A model generated the notes under the pieces. The model saw only the letters and a program-made list of their open reading frames with translations. It made no database searches and was not told the origin of the DNA. A stretch of DNA of 52,867 bases from Deltaproteobacteria bacterium (GTDB lineage: Bacteria > Desulfobacterota > Desulfarculia > Adiutricales > Adiutricaceae): contig JAISFP010000457.1 of NCBI GenBank assembly GCA_031263525.1, forward strand, positions 1 through 52,867, in the 5' to 3' direction. How positions within the stretch are numbered: the first letter of the stretch is position 1; each line of letters starts with the position of its first letter. The position numbers were made by a program, and so were the translations under genes. Below, piece by piece: positions 36,631 to 46,004 of this stretch.

Positions 36631-39407
36631 CGACAGGCCTCTTGCGAAATTTTCGCGGGGGTCCCGGAGACCGACTCCCTGGCCGACCGGATGCCGTCCA
36701 GGGCTTCCCGTACGTTAATCTCCAGGGACTGGCGGTAGAGCTTGATCCCGTGGGCATAAAATGACTTCTCTATCCTCACCCTGAGCCCGGAGAGTATGGC
36801 GACGGTCCTGCTCACTGGCTTCACGGTGATGAAGAGGTTGAATTCCAGATATTTCTCGTTCAGATCGTTTAGCACCACTTCCGGAGCAGGAAAGTCGAGC
36901 ACCTCTGCTATGCCGCTGCAGGCTCCGAGGATGAGTTCGAGTGCAAGATCTATGTTGGTGCCGTAGAACGCCCTTATGACTAGAGTGCGCAGTACCTGGT
37001 CGAACTCTCCCTCGCGCGTCCATTTGACATATTCGGTGGAGACGATGGTGTAGTTCGGAATATAGGCAATGGAGCCGTCCAGCGTCTCTATCTCCGTGCA
37101 GCGCAGATCGACTCTTCTCACCGTGCCCGAATAGGCGCCGATCTCGACGAAATCGCCGACTTTGAGGGATCGGCCGAACACGAGGAGCACGCCGCCCACC
37201 AGGTTGGCGAATATGCCCTGGAGACCGAAGCCGAGCCCAGCCCCTATAGCTCCAAGCACGACGGTCAGGGTTGTCCAGTTGAAGCCCAGGAGCCCCATCG
37301 CGACCATCACGAAAGTGATCCAGATGACATATGTCATCAGTGTCTTGATAGGATCTATCTGAGCCGGGGACAGCTCTATCTCGTCAGGCAGATTCTCGAG
37401 AGAGGTGCTCCCCAGCGTCCTGAGCGAGCGGAACAAGAAAAACAGGCCGAGGATCAGGAGCACCCTCGTGAGATTGAACGATGCCTGCCCGACCGAATAG
37501 CCGGTGGTGAGCAGATTTTCCATAAGGGTCGTGGAGCCGGGGATGGCCCAGAGCCACGGGAACGTGCAGAGAAGAGAGATTGACCAGGTCACGGGCACGA
37601 GAAAGGCGTTCAGTATCGAATTCCTGACACGCGCGACGTCCTTGGGGAAAATCCTGTCGCAGAGAATGGTACCTAGCACCACGAAAGCGTTGCCGAGTAT
37701 GAGAACGTTCACGACCGTAAAAAGGAGCATGAACGCGAGCACGGCCAGCCTCGGAAAGCCTACAGCGGAGATGATGAAGGAAATGATTGCGAAATAGTAC
37801 GCCGACCCGTAGGCGAAACGCTCGAGCAGGAACCCCTTCAGCTCCTCGTCCTCCCTCGACCTCTTGCTGATCCTGAATAAATTGAAAAGGAAAAGCATGA
37901 GCACGACAAACCAGATGATCGATAGCGCCCCCGTCGGCACGTCCGCGAACAGGAACAACACGCCGAGGACTGCCGGAACATAAAAACGTCTCAGCGGCGA
38001 TTTGACGCCGGCCAGCTCGGATTTGGCGGCGAGTCTGAGTTTCCAGCTGGTCGAAGCCAAGCCCCAGATAAGAATGAGCACTCCGGGGATGAAAAATACT
38101 ATGTAATTTCCTCCCAGATGGTTGCGTGAAGCGTTCGCCAGGGCTACACCCACGGTCAGGTATCTCCAGGGTCCCCTGACGATACCCATGATCGCGACCC
38201 TCCAGTTGACTGGCTCCACAGGGAAAAGCCTTGAGCCGCGGTGCAGGAGAAATCCGACCAAGGCGATGGGCAGTCCGATAAGGACAAAGGAAGTCAGACT
38301 CTGCAGCCATCCGTCCGGATCCTGGGGATACAAAAATTTTTTCTTGTCGACCGTAAGGTTGACCCATTCGTAAAATGCGTCAGCCAACCCGGACATGCCT
38401 CCGTACCGCCCCCAGTCCCTGGAATTCATCACGCCGCTCTGCTCCAGATAATACTCCTTCCACGCCTCAGGTATCTGGGGAGAGTATTCGGCTATGTAAC
38501 CGTTCAGCTTATCAATGATCTTGCGACCTTCTTCCAAAACAGGACGGACATTTTCTGATATCCCCTTAGCTCGTAGCTCAGCCGCCTCCAGACTCGATTC
38601 CGTTTGGGTCCAGTCATCAGGCCTGGCGGCAGTCGAGACGGAGATGCTGGCTTTCCTCTTTGCCATTTCGTTAATCTTCTGGCCGAGAGTCAGGCTCTTT
38701 TCGCCAAGAGCTGTGATATTGCTGTCGATTGTCCGCTTTAGTCCCTTGAGCTGGCTCAGCACGTCTTCCCGGACGTGAGGGCTGTCGCTCATCCCTTCGT
38801 ATTCCTGAACGAGGATTCCCATAAGCTCAGACGTTTCGTCAATGGAATTCCTGATATCCGACAATTTTTTGTAAATGTCTTCGCAGTTCTTCATTACTGC
38901 CTTGATGAGAGCCGGAAAGCCCGAATACGGATCCTTTACAAGGAAAGGAAACAGCTCCGTCTGGCGTCCGGCAGTTTCATCGTTCCCGGATGTTGCAGGA
39001 TCACCGTCCGCAGCTCCAGAAACATCCGGAACCTCCTGGCCGCCGGACTCCATCTCCGGAGCCGTGCCCGTGCCTGTCGAACCGGAGCCTCCCTGAGCCG
39101 AAGTCACTGATCCTTCCCCGCGAACAAGGGGAATTTCACCAGGGGCCCTACTCACCACTACCCCGTCTCCAGCTCCCGGAGGCGGTCCCGTCAATGTCCA
39201 TGACAACTGCCCGCCTTCATGTACGGCGTCGCCGTCTCCCCTCGCAGCGGCGTCATCCGGCCGTCCCCGATCTGAACCTGCAGTGTCCGCCAGAGCCGCT
39301 GGAGCCTTGGCGAAAGGCATTGCACACGGCATGACCGCAAGGCAGGCAACGATTGCGCAGACAAGGAATACGTGCCTGGTCAAACGCGGGGAGATGTCGG
39401 CTTTCAT
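36627..39407 (-). CDS. Giant MscS-family mechanosensitive channel, MscK/MscM-like (paralog C, 926 aa)
   Basis: It has the same architecture as paralog A, with core GAIGAGLGFGLQGIFANLVGGVLLVFGRSLKVGDFVEIGAYSGTVRRV...IAYIPNY. A GGAGG lies 5 nt upstream of the ATG at 39407. Confidence 0.9.
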   Translation of the reverse strand: MKADISPRLTRHVFLVCAIVACLAVMPCAMPFAKAPAALADTAGSDRGRPDDAAARGDGDAVHEGGQLSWTLTGPPPGAGDGVVVSRAPGEIPLVRGEGSVTSAQGGSGSTGTGTAPEMESGGQEVPDVSGAADGDPATSGNDETAGRQTELFPFLVKDPYSGFPALIKAVMKNCEDIYKKLSDIRNSIDETSELMGILVQEYEGMSDSPHVREDVLSQLKGLKRTIDSNITALGEKSLTLGQKINEMAKRKASISVSTAARPDDWTQTESSLEAAELRAKGISENVRPVLEEGRKIIDKLNGYIAEYSPQIPEAWKEYYLEQSGVMNSRDWGRYGGMSGLADAFYEWVNLTVDKKKFLYPQDPDGWLQSLTSFVLIGLPIALVGFLLHRGSRLFPVEPVNWRVAIMGIVRGPWRYLTVGVALANASRNHLGGNYIVFFIPGVLILIWGLASTSWKLRLAAKSELAGVKSPLRRFYVPAVLGVLFLFADVPTGALSIIWFVVLMLFLFNLFRISKRSREDEELKGFLLERFAYGSAYYFAIISFIISAVGFPRLAVLAFMLLFTVVNVLILGNAFVVLGTILCDRIFPKDVARVRNSILNAFLVPVTWSISLLCTFPWLWAIPGSTTLMENLLTTGYSVGQASFNLTRVLLILGLFFLFRSLRTLGSTSLENLPDEIELSPAQIDPIKTLMTYVIWITFVMVAMGLLGFNWTTLTVVLGAIGAGLGFGLQGIFANLVGGVLLVFGRSLKVGDFVEIGAYSGTVRRVDLRCTEIETLDGSIAYIPNYTIVSTEYVKWTREGEFDQVLRTLVIRAFYGTNIDLALELILGACSGIAEVLDFPAPEVVLNDLNEKYLEFNLFITVKPVSRTVAILSGLRVRIEKSFYAHGIKLYRQSLEINVREALDGIRSARESVSGTPAKISQEACR

Positions 39408-39589
39408 GGAGTTCCTCCATGCAACGGTCGGGAAGTCGAACCTGGAAGAAAGAAGGTCACTGGCCCATCCGGACCCGTGGGGAGAAAGGTTTGCAAAACG
39501 ATGCTTATCCTACTAACTGGCACGGTCCGCCTGAAAACTGAGGAGGCTCTCTGCAAGCTCCGTCCGTAAAGGTGCAGGCGAGACGGCGG

Positions 39590-42500
39590 CTAAGATTCCG
39601 AGTGCCGGTCAACCATGACAGCCTGGATCTTCTGGCCGTCCTTGCCCCCCTGGAGGACCATCAAAGCCTCTTTGAGGTTGATCTCCAGGGACTGGCGATA
39701 GAGCTTTATTCCTCCGTCTTTCAAGGACTTCTCGATCTTCACTCTCAAATCGGAGAGGATGTCGAGGGTCCTCTCGATGGGATGCACCGAGACGAAGAGG
39801 TTGAACTCCAGAAACTTCTCGTTGAGATCGCTCAAAATGACCTTGGCTTCCGGATCTTTGCATACTTCGTCAATACCGCCGACGGCCTCCTTGATCAAGC
39901 GAATGGCATCTTCAACAATCGTGTCGTAGATAGTCCTAATGACAAGCGTCCTCCTGAGTGCTGATCCCTTGTACTGCTTGTCATGCCTCTCCTGAATATC
40001 CTGCTTACCCTGACTATCCTCCTTCCCCTGGCTATCCTCCTTGTCCAGGTTATCCTGTCTATCCTGCTTGTCCTGAATGTCTTGGATATCCTGCCTATCC
40101 TTCTTTCCGTCCAATTCCTCGTCGGTCCAATTGACCAGCTTCGTCGAGACGATCGTGGAATTGGGGACATAGACGAGCGAGTTGTCCAGCGTTTTTACCA
40201 CGGTGCAACGGAAGTCCACTCTCGTTACCAAGCCGGAAATCCCGTCCACCTCCACGAAGTCGCCGACCTTGACCGAGCGTCCGAAAATCAGGATGATTCC
40301 GCTAACCATGTTGTTGAAAATGTTCTGGAGACCTATGCCCAGGCCAAGCCCGAGGCCGCTCGCCGCGACGGCCAGGCTTGTCCAGTTGACTCCCAGCATC
40401 CCCATGACCAGCACGGTGAACACAATCCAGACAACATACGTGAGGATCGTCTGGATTGGAGCCCGTTGCGCAGGTTTCAGCTCGAGCTCCTCTGGCAGGT
40501 TGTCGATGGAGGTCTTCCCGAGGTTCATGAGCGATCTGAACATGAAGAACAACCCCAGGATAAGGAGCACCTTTGTCAGATCGAAGGATGCCTCCCCCAC
40601 CGAGTAGCCTTTGGTGAGCAGGCTCATCAGAAGGGTAGTCATGCCGGGGATGGCAATGAGCCAGGGAATGGTGCATCCGAGCGATACAAGCCAGGTTATG
40701 GGGAGCAGGAAGGCGTTCAGGATCGAGAACTTGACAGGCTTCTTGTCTGACGGCAAGATCCTGTTGCTGATGTTTGAAGCGAGCGCCGCAAACGCATTGC
40801 CGAGCAGAAGCACGTTGACTATTGTGAAAAGGAACATGAAGGCGAGTATGGCTAGCCTGGGATAGCCCAACACCGCAATCAAAAGCGACAGGATCGCAAA
40901 ATACACGGCAGAGCCGTAGGCAAAGCGCTCGAGCAGGAAACCAGTGTGAACGTAGAAAACGCTCCAGGATTTCCCCTCGCTAAAGACAGAAACAAGATCT
41001 ATACCAGCACCATCTGTCGCACCGTTCGTAACCTGCGCACCGTCTGAGGCCGCAACAGGATCGGGAACCTTACCCTCCGTCGGTTCGGCAGATGCCGGAA
41101 CATGCACTCCGTTGCCGTTAACGTCCACTTGCACACTGGCATCCCCGCGATTTCCGGCCTCCTTGCCTTTCGCCAACCTCTCGGCCTTCATGGCCTCCTG
41201 AACAATCTTGCCCATGTGCCACAGCCAGACAAGAAACCCTCCCATGATGGCGAACCACAGAATTGCCAGAGCACCGGTCGGCATGTCGGCAAAAAGCAGG
41301 ACCACACCCAGCGCGGCTGGGATGTAGAAGCGTGTCAACGGGGACTTCACGTTGTCCAGCCCCTTCTTGACCGCCTGCCTCAGCTTCCAGCTGGTGCCGG
41401 CGAGCCCCCATATCAGTATCAGCACGCCGGGAAAAAACAGGAAGAGATAGTTCCCGCCATGGTGATTTCGGGACGCGTTCCAGAGCGCCAGCCCGATTGT
41501 CAGAAAGAACCAGGGTCCCCTGACGATACCTTCAATCGCCTTGTGCCAGTCCGTCTCGCTGCCGTTTCCATCAGATGCGATCTTCGATTTCCAGAAACCT
41601 CTGCAATACCACAGGATCAACCCCCACAGGGTCGACAGCAGTCGAATTATGGCCCAGTTCGTATGTTCAACGATCTCTCGCTCACCTGATTTTTTCCTGA
41701 AAATATTCTCGGCGATCTGTACGAGAACGACACCCACCAGTGCCACGATCCCCATGGTCATTAGAAAAGTGGTTACGCACTCCAGCAATTCCTTGCTCGT
41801 CTGTGGCAGGAAAAATTTTCTCTTGGCAGCCAGCTTGCTGACCCAGTCGGAGAAGTAGCCGCCTTCTCCAGTGAAATCCGGGATTGCAAACGAAGTGAGC
41901 CTGCTCTCGGTCAGGTAATATGCCTTCCACGCCTCTGGTATCTCTGATGAATATCGGACGATGAACCCGTCAAGCCGGTCCAGGAGGGCCTTGGCCTCGC
42001 CTGTGGCTGACGGCACCTCCTCGGAAAGCCACCTGAAATAGTATTCGGCCCTCAGGACATCGGCCTGGACGCTCTGCCAGTTTTCCGGAATGGTCCCGCT
42101 GGAGCTGCGCACGCTGGCGTTCAGGTCGTTCAGGTCGGCCGCCTTCGGGGCCAGGACATCAGCCTCGGAATCCAGCGAGGCAGTCTCGTCGGCCAGTGCC
42201 GTCCGGATCCCCTTCAGCTGGCTGAGTATGTCCTCCTGGACGTGAGGTGTCACCTCGGGTCTCAGGTACTCCCTCAGAAGCAGATTCTGCTCTCCGGCGG
42301 TAGAAGTTACGAAAGCCCTGAGCTCGCGGCATCCCTCGGCGATCCGGACTGAGAGAGCCAGGAACTCCCTCGAGCGTTCAGCAAGCGCGTCGTGAGGGTT
42401 GTCGACGTTAACCGGGGCGAGCGCAGTCCAGCGTTCCGGCGGGACGGCCTGTCCCAGCCCGACCGGAGGCATTCGCGGAAGCACTCCCGGAACGGGCTTA

Positions 42501-42928
42501 CTCGCCGGAACCGCCGGATCCCCCCCATCACCTGGCATGGAGCCGTTCGCCGACACAACGGATGCAGCTTCGGCACCTGGCGGGAGTCCGTTTCCAGGAG
42601 CGGTCCCGGTCGGGGCGGCAGGCTCTGCTCCGCCGGCCTGGGAAGGCTGTGCGGTCGGCGCTTCCGACGGCGCCCCGACGTCCTGCCGTGCCTGCGAGGC
42701 TTCGGGAGCCCGGCCATCCTCAACTCCCGCGGAAACTTCCGGATCCGCCAGGCTGCCCTCCCGACCGTTCTCCCCGTAAACCCCCTCCGACCGGGGGGCA
42801 GCATTGCCTGCAACGCCGCCTGCCCTGTCAGAGCCATCGTCCTGGGCTGCGGCGGGTGCCAGGGGGACTGCGATTGATACGGCCAGCATGAGGGCTGCGG
42901 CCAGAGACGCGGAGAGAGGCGTTCTCAT
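39590..42928 (-). CDS. Giant MscS-family mechanosensitive channel, MscK/MscM-like (paralog D, 1112 aa, three lineage-specific insertions)
   Basis: It has a signal-like N-terminus (MRTPLSASLAAALMLAVSIAVPLAPAAA) and the core ASGLGLGLGIGLQNIFNNMVSGIILIFGRSVKVGDFVEVDGISGLVTRV...LVYVPNS. An AGGAG lies 4-5 nt upstream of the ATG. It is the first gene of the co-oriented array. Confidence 0.9.
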   Translation of the reverse strand: MRTPLSASLAAALMLAVSIAVPLAPAAAQDDGSDRAGGVAGNAAPRSEGVYGENGREGSLADPEVSAGVEDGRAPEASQARQDVGAPSEAPTAQPSQAGGAEPAAPTGTAPGNGLPPGAEAASVVSANGSMPGDGGDPAVPASKPVPGVLPRMPPVGLGQAVPPERWTALAPVNVDNPHDALAERSREFLALSVRIAEGCRELRAFVTSTAGEQNLLLREYLRPEVTPHVQEDILSQLKGIRTALADETASLDSEADVLAPKAADLNDLNASVRSSSGTIPENWQSVQADVLRAEYYFRWLSEEVPSATGEAKALLDRLDGFIVRYSSEIPEAWKAYYLTESRLTSFAIPDFTGEGGYFSDWVSKLAAKRKFFLPQTSKELLECVTTFLMTMGIVALVGVVLVQIAENIFRKKSGEREIVEHTNWAIIRLLSTLWGLILWYCRGFWKSKIASDGNGSETDWHKAIEGIVRGPWFFLTIGLALWNASRNHHGGNYLFLFFPGVLILIWGLAGTSWKLRQAVKKGLDNVKSPLTRFYIPAALGVVLLFADMPTGALAILWFAIMGGFLVWLWHMGKIVQEAMKAERLAKGKEAGNRGDASVQVDVNGNGVHVPASAEPTEGKVPDPVAASDGAQVTNGATDGAGIDLVSVFSEGKSWSVFYVHTGFLLERFAYGSAVYFAILSLLIAVLGYPRLAILAFMFLFTIVNVLLLGNAFAALASNISNRILPSDKKPVKFSILNAFLLPITWLVSLGCTIPWLIAIPGMTTLLMSLLTKGYSVGEASFDLTKVLLILGLFFMFRSLMNLGKTSIDNLPEELELKPAQRAPIQTILTYVVWIVFTVLVMGMLGVNWTSLAVAASGLGLGLGIGLQNIFNNMVSGIILIFGRSVKVGDFVEVDGISGLVTRVDFRCTVVKTLDNSLVYVPNSTIVSTKLVNWTDEELDGKKDRQDIQDIQDKQDRQDNLDKEDSQGKEDSQGKQDIQERHDKQYKGSALRRTLVIRTIYDTIVEDAIRLIKEAVGGIDEVCKDPEAKVILSDLNEKFLEFNLFVSVHPIERTLDILSDLRVKIEKSLKDGGIKLYRQSLEINLKEALMVLQGGKDGQKIQAVMVDRHSES

Positions 42929-43254
42929 GAGATTCTCCTGGAAGGCTGAGGCGACATCAGGGCCGGGATGTCCACTTCACACCCACAGTTCCCGCCGCGC
43001 AGGAACTCCCCGGCAGATCCGGCATCGAAAATTGCCATTTTGCCTCCCTGAAGTTCCAAATTCTGGACACGAGGCACCTGCCCCGCTCGCCGCCCGGGAG
43101 GCCCTCCCCTCCAGGCAGAGGCTTCCCTTTTCCGCAGAAAAGAGGGACGTCAAGGCAGAAATCTTACGGGACTGGCCAGTCCCGAGCGGAATCCCGGCCC
43201 GCCCCGAACTCGGGGAAGGACCTCGGGCCATACGCCTGCCGCATTGGACCGGGC

Positions 43255-43572
43255 TTAGCGACTCATCAGGAAACTGGATGATTTAATCACAACCAGCAAG
43301 GGATCGCAATAAGCCCCTGAACAGGCCGGATTCCGTAGGTTTCGAATCGTTCGAGACACGAGAAGCTGTCTCTCATGATCCGCAAACCCCGCCGGCATGG
43401 CCAAATTCCAAACGGCCTTGCCCTTCCAGAATTCAGGATGCCACAAGTTTCCTTCAAATTCTGGAAACTCTCGGCAGTTCTTGTCCTTATCCTGCAAACC
43501 TGACCTTTGCAATCCGTCCGAGACTTTCACGAACGCCTCGTCCCTCATAATACGCCCAACAAATTGTCCCAC
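43255..43572 (-). CDS. Hypothetical protein (105 aa, GTG start), status uncertain
   Basis: An ORF in the lower-GC region with an AGGA 5-8 nt upstream of the GTG. No family was recognised. Confidence 0.25.
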   Translation of the reverse strand: MGQFVGRIMRDEAFVKVSDGLQRSGLQDKDKNCREFPEFEGNLWHPEFWKGKAVWNLAMPAGFADHERQLLVSRTIRNLRNPACSGAYCDPLLVVIKSSSFLMSR

Positions 43573-43903
43573 TGTGTCCTGATGACCTCAGCATAGCGCA
43601 ATGCGGCAATTTAGGATACACAGTCTTTCCCTTTAATCAATCCTTAGAAATATGCATTTCTTATTAATTGCCAACTCCTGGACACACGAATTGTCATCTG
43701 CTTTCTACCTTACGTAGTCTGCTGTTACTGCCTTGCCGCAAACGCCTTTTCCATCATATGCCTTCCGACGTACGCTGACACCATTCCTTACCATTCTGCA
43801 ATCCCTAAACACAGATCCTTGTCCTTCCGCCTTCCCCAAACGCCGCACCTCGCCCTTTCGAACTCCATGTGCGACCTCCTTGCCCTTCCACCTTACCAAA
43901 TCA

Positions 43904-44217
43904 GCCTTGACCCTCACTTCCGCCTGCCAGAGCCGCCTTGACCCTCACTTCCGCCTGCCAGAGCCGCCTTGACCCTCACTTCCGCCCGCCAGGGCCGCCT
44001 TGGACCTCACTTCCGCCTGCCAGATCCGCCTCGACCCTCACTTCCGCCCGCCAGGGCCGCCTCGACCTTCACTTCCGCCCGCCAGGGCCGCCTTGGACCT
44101 CACTTCCGCCCGCCAGGGCCGCCTCGACCCTCACTTCCGCCCGCCAGGGCCGCCTTGACCCTCACTTCCGCCCGCCAGGGCCGCCTTGCACCTCACTTCC
44201 GCCCGCCAGGGCCGCCG
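43904..44217. repeat. 31-bp tandem repeat GCCTTGACCCTCACTTCCGCC(T/C)GCCAG(A/G)GCC, about 10 copies
   Basis: Parsed directly. The period of 31 is not a multiple of 3. Variants are limited to a few positions (TTGACC/TCGACC/TTGGAC, CTGCCAGAG/CCGCCAGGG). Confidence 0.9.
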
Positions 44218-44977
44218 TTCCCATGGCTTCCACCTTACCGGTCGACTAACCCTACTCTCTCCTCTCAAGCCCCTCAGCTCCCTCCCCTTCCGCATTCCAA
44301 GGCATCACCTCTTGCCCATCCGCCTTCCCGAACATCCGGGCATTGCCCTGCCGCCTTCCTTCCGAAGCCCTCAGAGCCCCGCCTTCAGCCACCCTCAAAA
44401 TATAGTCCTGACCCTGCCTCCAGCCGCATCCCCCTCCCCTTGCCCTCCGCTGTCATAAAACACCACCACTTGAGCAAACGAATTCCCCAACATCTTCAAT
44501 CTGCATGCTCCCAGAACCTCCAGATAATTCGACCGTACAATTAATTTTTTTACATTTAACTAATCGGCATGGCCAGCTTATAATTCACGTTTGTCAGGCT
44601 AAACATCACGTAACTTAAATCATCACTAATTCTTATGCCACACGTATGCCTGCAAAGGTTTAACAATCTGAATCGGTTAGCCTTCTCCAGTTTCAGGACG
44701 CAAACAGTCGCCGGGGACGTCAGGCAACCCGACCGGCGGCGCTCCCCGCCCTCATACCATCAAGTTCTCCGGCCCTTCGGCCCTTTGCCCCTTTGCGCTC
44801 CGGCCTTTCGGCCCTCCGATTCTCCGTCTCTCAGGTCATCGGGGGAACCTCCAGTGCCGCGCCGGGACCACGGTTTCTGCTATACTGCGGCGGGTTTCCT
44901 CGCCCGAACCGGTGCCTCAGACGGCTTCGCTCCCACCGTCTTCTCTAGCAGCCTCAAACCCAGGACCCTCCCAAGCC

Positions 44978-45982
44978 ATGCTCCAGAACACCCTGGCCCT
45001 TCTGAACAGGCTCCCCGACGCCTACGTGCTGGCGGCGGGGGACGTCATGCTCGACCGCTTCGTCTACGGCGAGGCGGCGCGCCTCTCCCCGGAGGCCCCC
45101 GTGCCCGTGGTGGAGGTCCGCCGAAAGACATGGACCCCAGGCGGGCTCGGGAACGTAGTGATGAATCTCCACGCTCTGGGGGCCAAGGCCCTGGCGGCAG
45201 GCGTCGTGGGCGCGGACGGCAAGGCGGACGCCCTCCGGAACCTCCTGCAGGTCGCGCTCACGGACGGATCGCCGGGGTTCCTGACCGACCCGGACCGCCC
45301 CACCACCGTGAAAACCAGGGTTATCGCCGGGATCCAGCAGGTGGTGCGCTTCGACGAGGAGTCCGTCCGGGACGTGAGCCCTGCCGTGGAGACGGCCTAC
45401 ATGGAGGGCGCGGCGAAAGCCTTCCCCAGGGCGGGGGCGCTAACGGTCTCGGACTACGGCAAGGGGCTCCTGACCCCGTCCGTGCTCTCCTTCCTGCTCG
45501 CCAAGGCTATCGAGCACGGCATACCGTCCGTAGTCGATCCGAAGGGTTCAGACTACGAGCGCTACAGGGGCGCCACCCTGGTCACCCCGAACCGGGCGGA
45601 GCTGTCGCTTGCCCTGGGCAGGGATCTCACCCGCGCCCCGCAGGACAGGCTCGCCGAGGGCGGCAGGGAGCTCATGGCTCGCCACGGCCTGGAGAACATC
45701 CTCATCACCAGGAGCGAGGACGGCATGACCCTCCTCCTCTCCTGCGGGAAGACCATGCACCTGCCCACCCGCGCGCGGGCGGTCTTCGACGTGAGCGGGG
45801 CCGGCGACACCGTCGTGGCTGCCATGGCCGCCGCCCTCGCCGTGGGCGCCTCCCTGCCAGAGGGCGCGGCGCTGGCCTCTCTCGCAGCCGGGGTAGTGGT
45901 CGGCAAGGTGGGCACAGCCACCGCCAGCCCAGAGGAGATCAGGGAGTGGACCGCCTTCGCGGAGCTCTCCTCGGCCACGTAG
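44978..45982 (+). CDS. hldA: D-glycero-beta-D-manno-heptose-7-phosphate kinase (RfaE domain I / HldA, PfkB family)
   Basis: The start is at the in-frame ATG at 44978 (MLQNTLALLNRL). The RfaE-type motif GDVMLDRFVYGEAARLSPEAPVPVV and the C-terminal PfkB motif SGAGDTVVAAMA are present. There is no adenylyltransferase domain. Confidence 0.87.
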   Translation: MLQNTLALLNRLPDAYVLAAGDVMLDRFVYGEAARLSPEAPVPVVEVRRKTWTPGGLGNVVMNLHALGAKALAAGVVGADGKADALRNLLQVALTDGSPGFLTDPDRPTTVKTRVIAGIQQVVRFDEESVRDVSPAVETAYMEGAAKAFPRAGALTVSDYGKGLLTPSVLSFLLAKAIEHGIPSVVDPKGSDYERYRGATLVTPNRAELSLALGRDLTRAPQDRLAEGGRELMARHGLENILITRSEDGMTLLLSCGKTMHLPTRARAVFDVSGAGDTVVAAMAAALAVGASLPEGAALASLAAGVVVGKVGTATASPEEIREWTAFAELSSAT

Positions 45983-46004
45983 GAGCCGGGCTTCCGGGTC
46001 CTTA

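Larger units (their letters stand above)
28440..44640. other. Lower-GC block (putative horizontally acquired island) with no recognisable integrase
   Basis: Spot GC counts on 60-nt lines are about 52-58% inside and about 75% in the flanking genes. AT-rich intergenic patches occur at 29560-29880, 43580-43700 and 44520-44640. A 10-bp direct repeat ACCGTACAAT occurs at 28477-28486 and 44532-44541. Tandem-repeat arrays lie at or near both edges. Confidence 0.55.

Noticed and set aside
43020-43045. Sigma-54 promoter upstream of channel paralog D (TGGCA-N..-TGC on the minus strand; GGCAT-N6-TTGC on the plus strand).
   Set aside because: The GG-to-GC spacing is one nucleotide too long on both strands, and sigma-54 spacing is strict.
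43330-43352. A tRNA T-arm-like string (GGTTTCGAATCGTTCGAG).
   Set aside because: It is not a match to GGTTCGAATCC, and no acceptor or anticodon stems can be drawn in the flanking sequence. It lies inside ORF 43255-43572.
43969-44544. A 191-aa plus-strand ORF (and 43733-43972, 43938-44249) across the 31-bp array.
   Set aside because: The translation is a frame-rotating read of a 31-bp repeat (P/R/S/L-rich). It is not coding.
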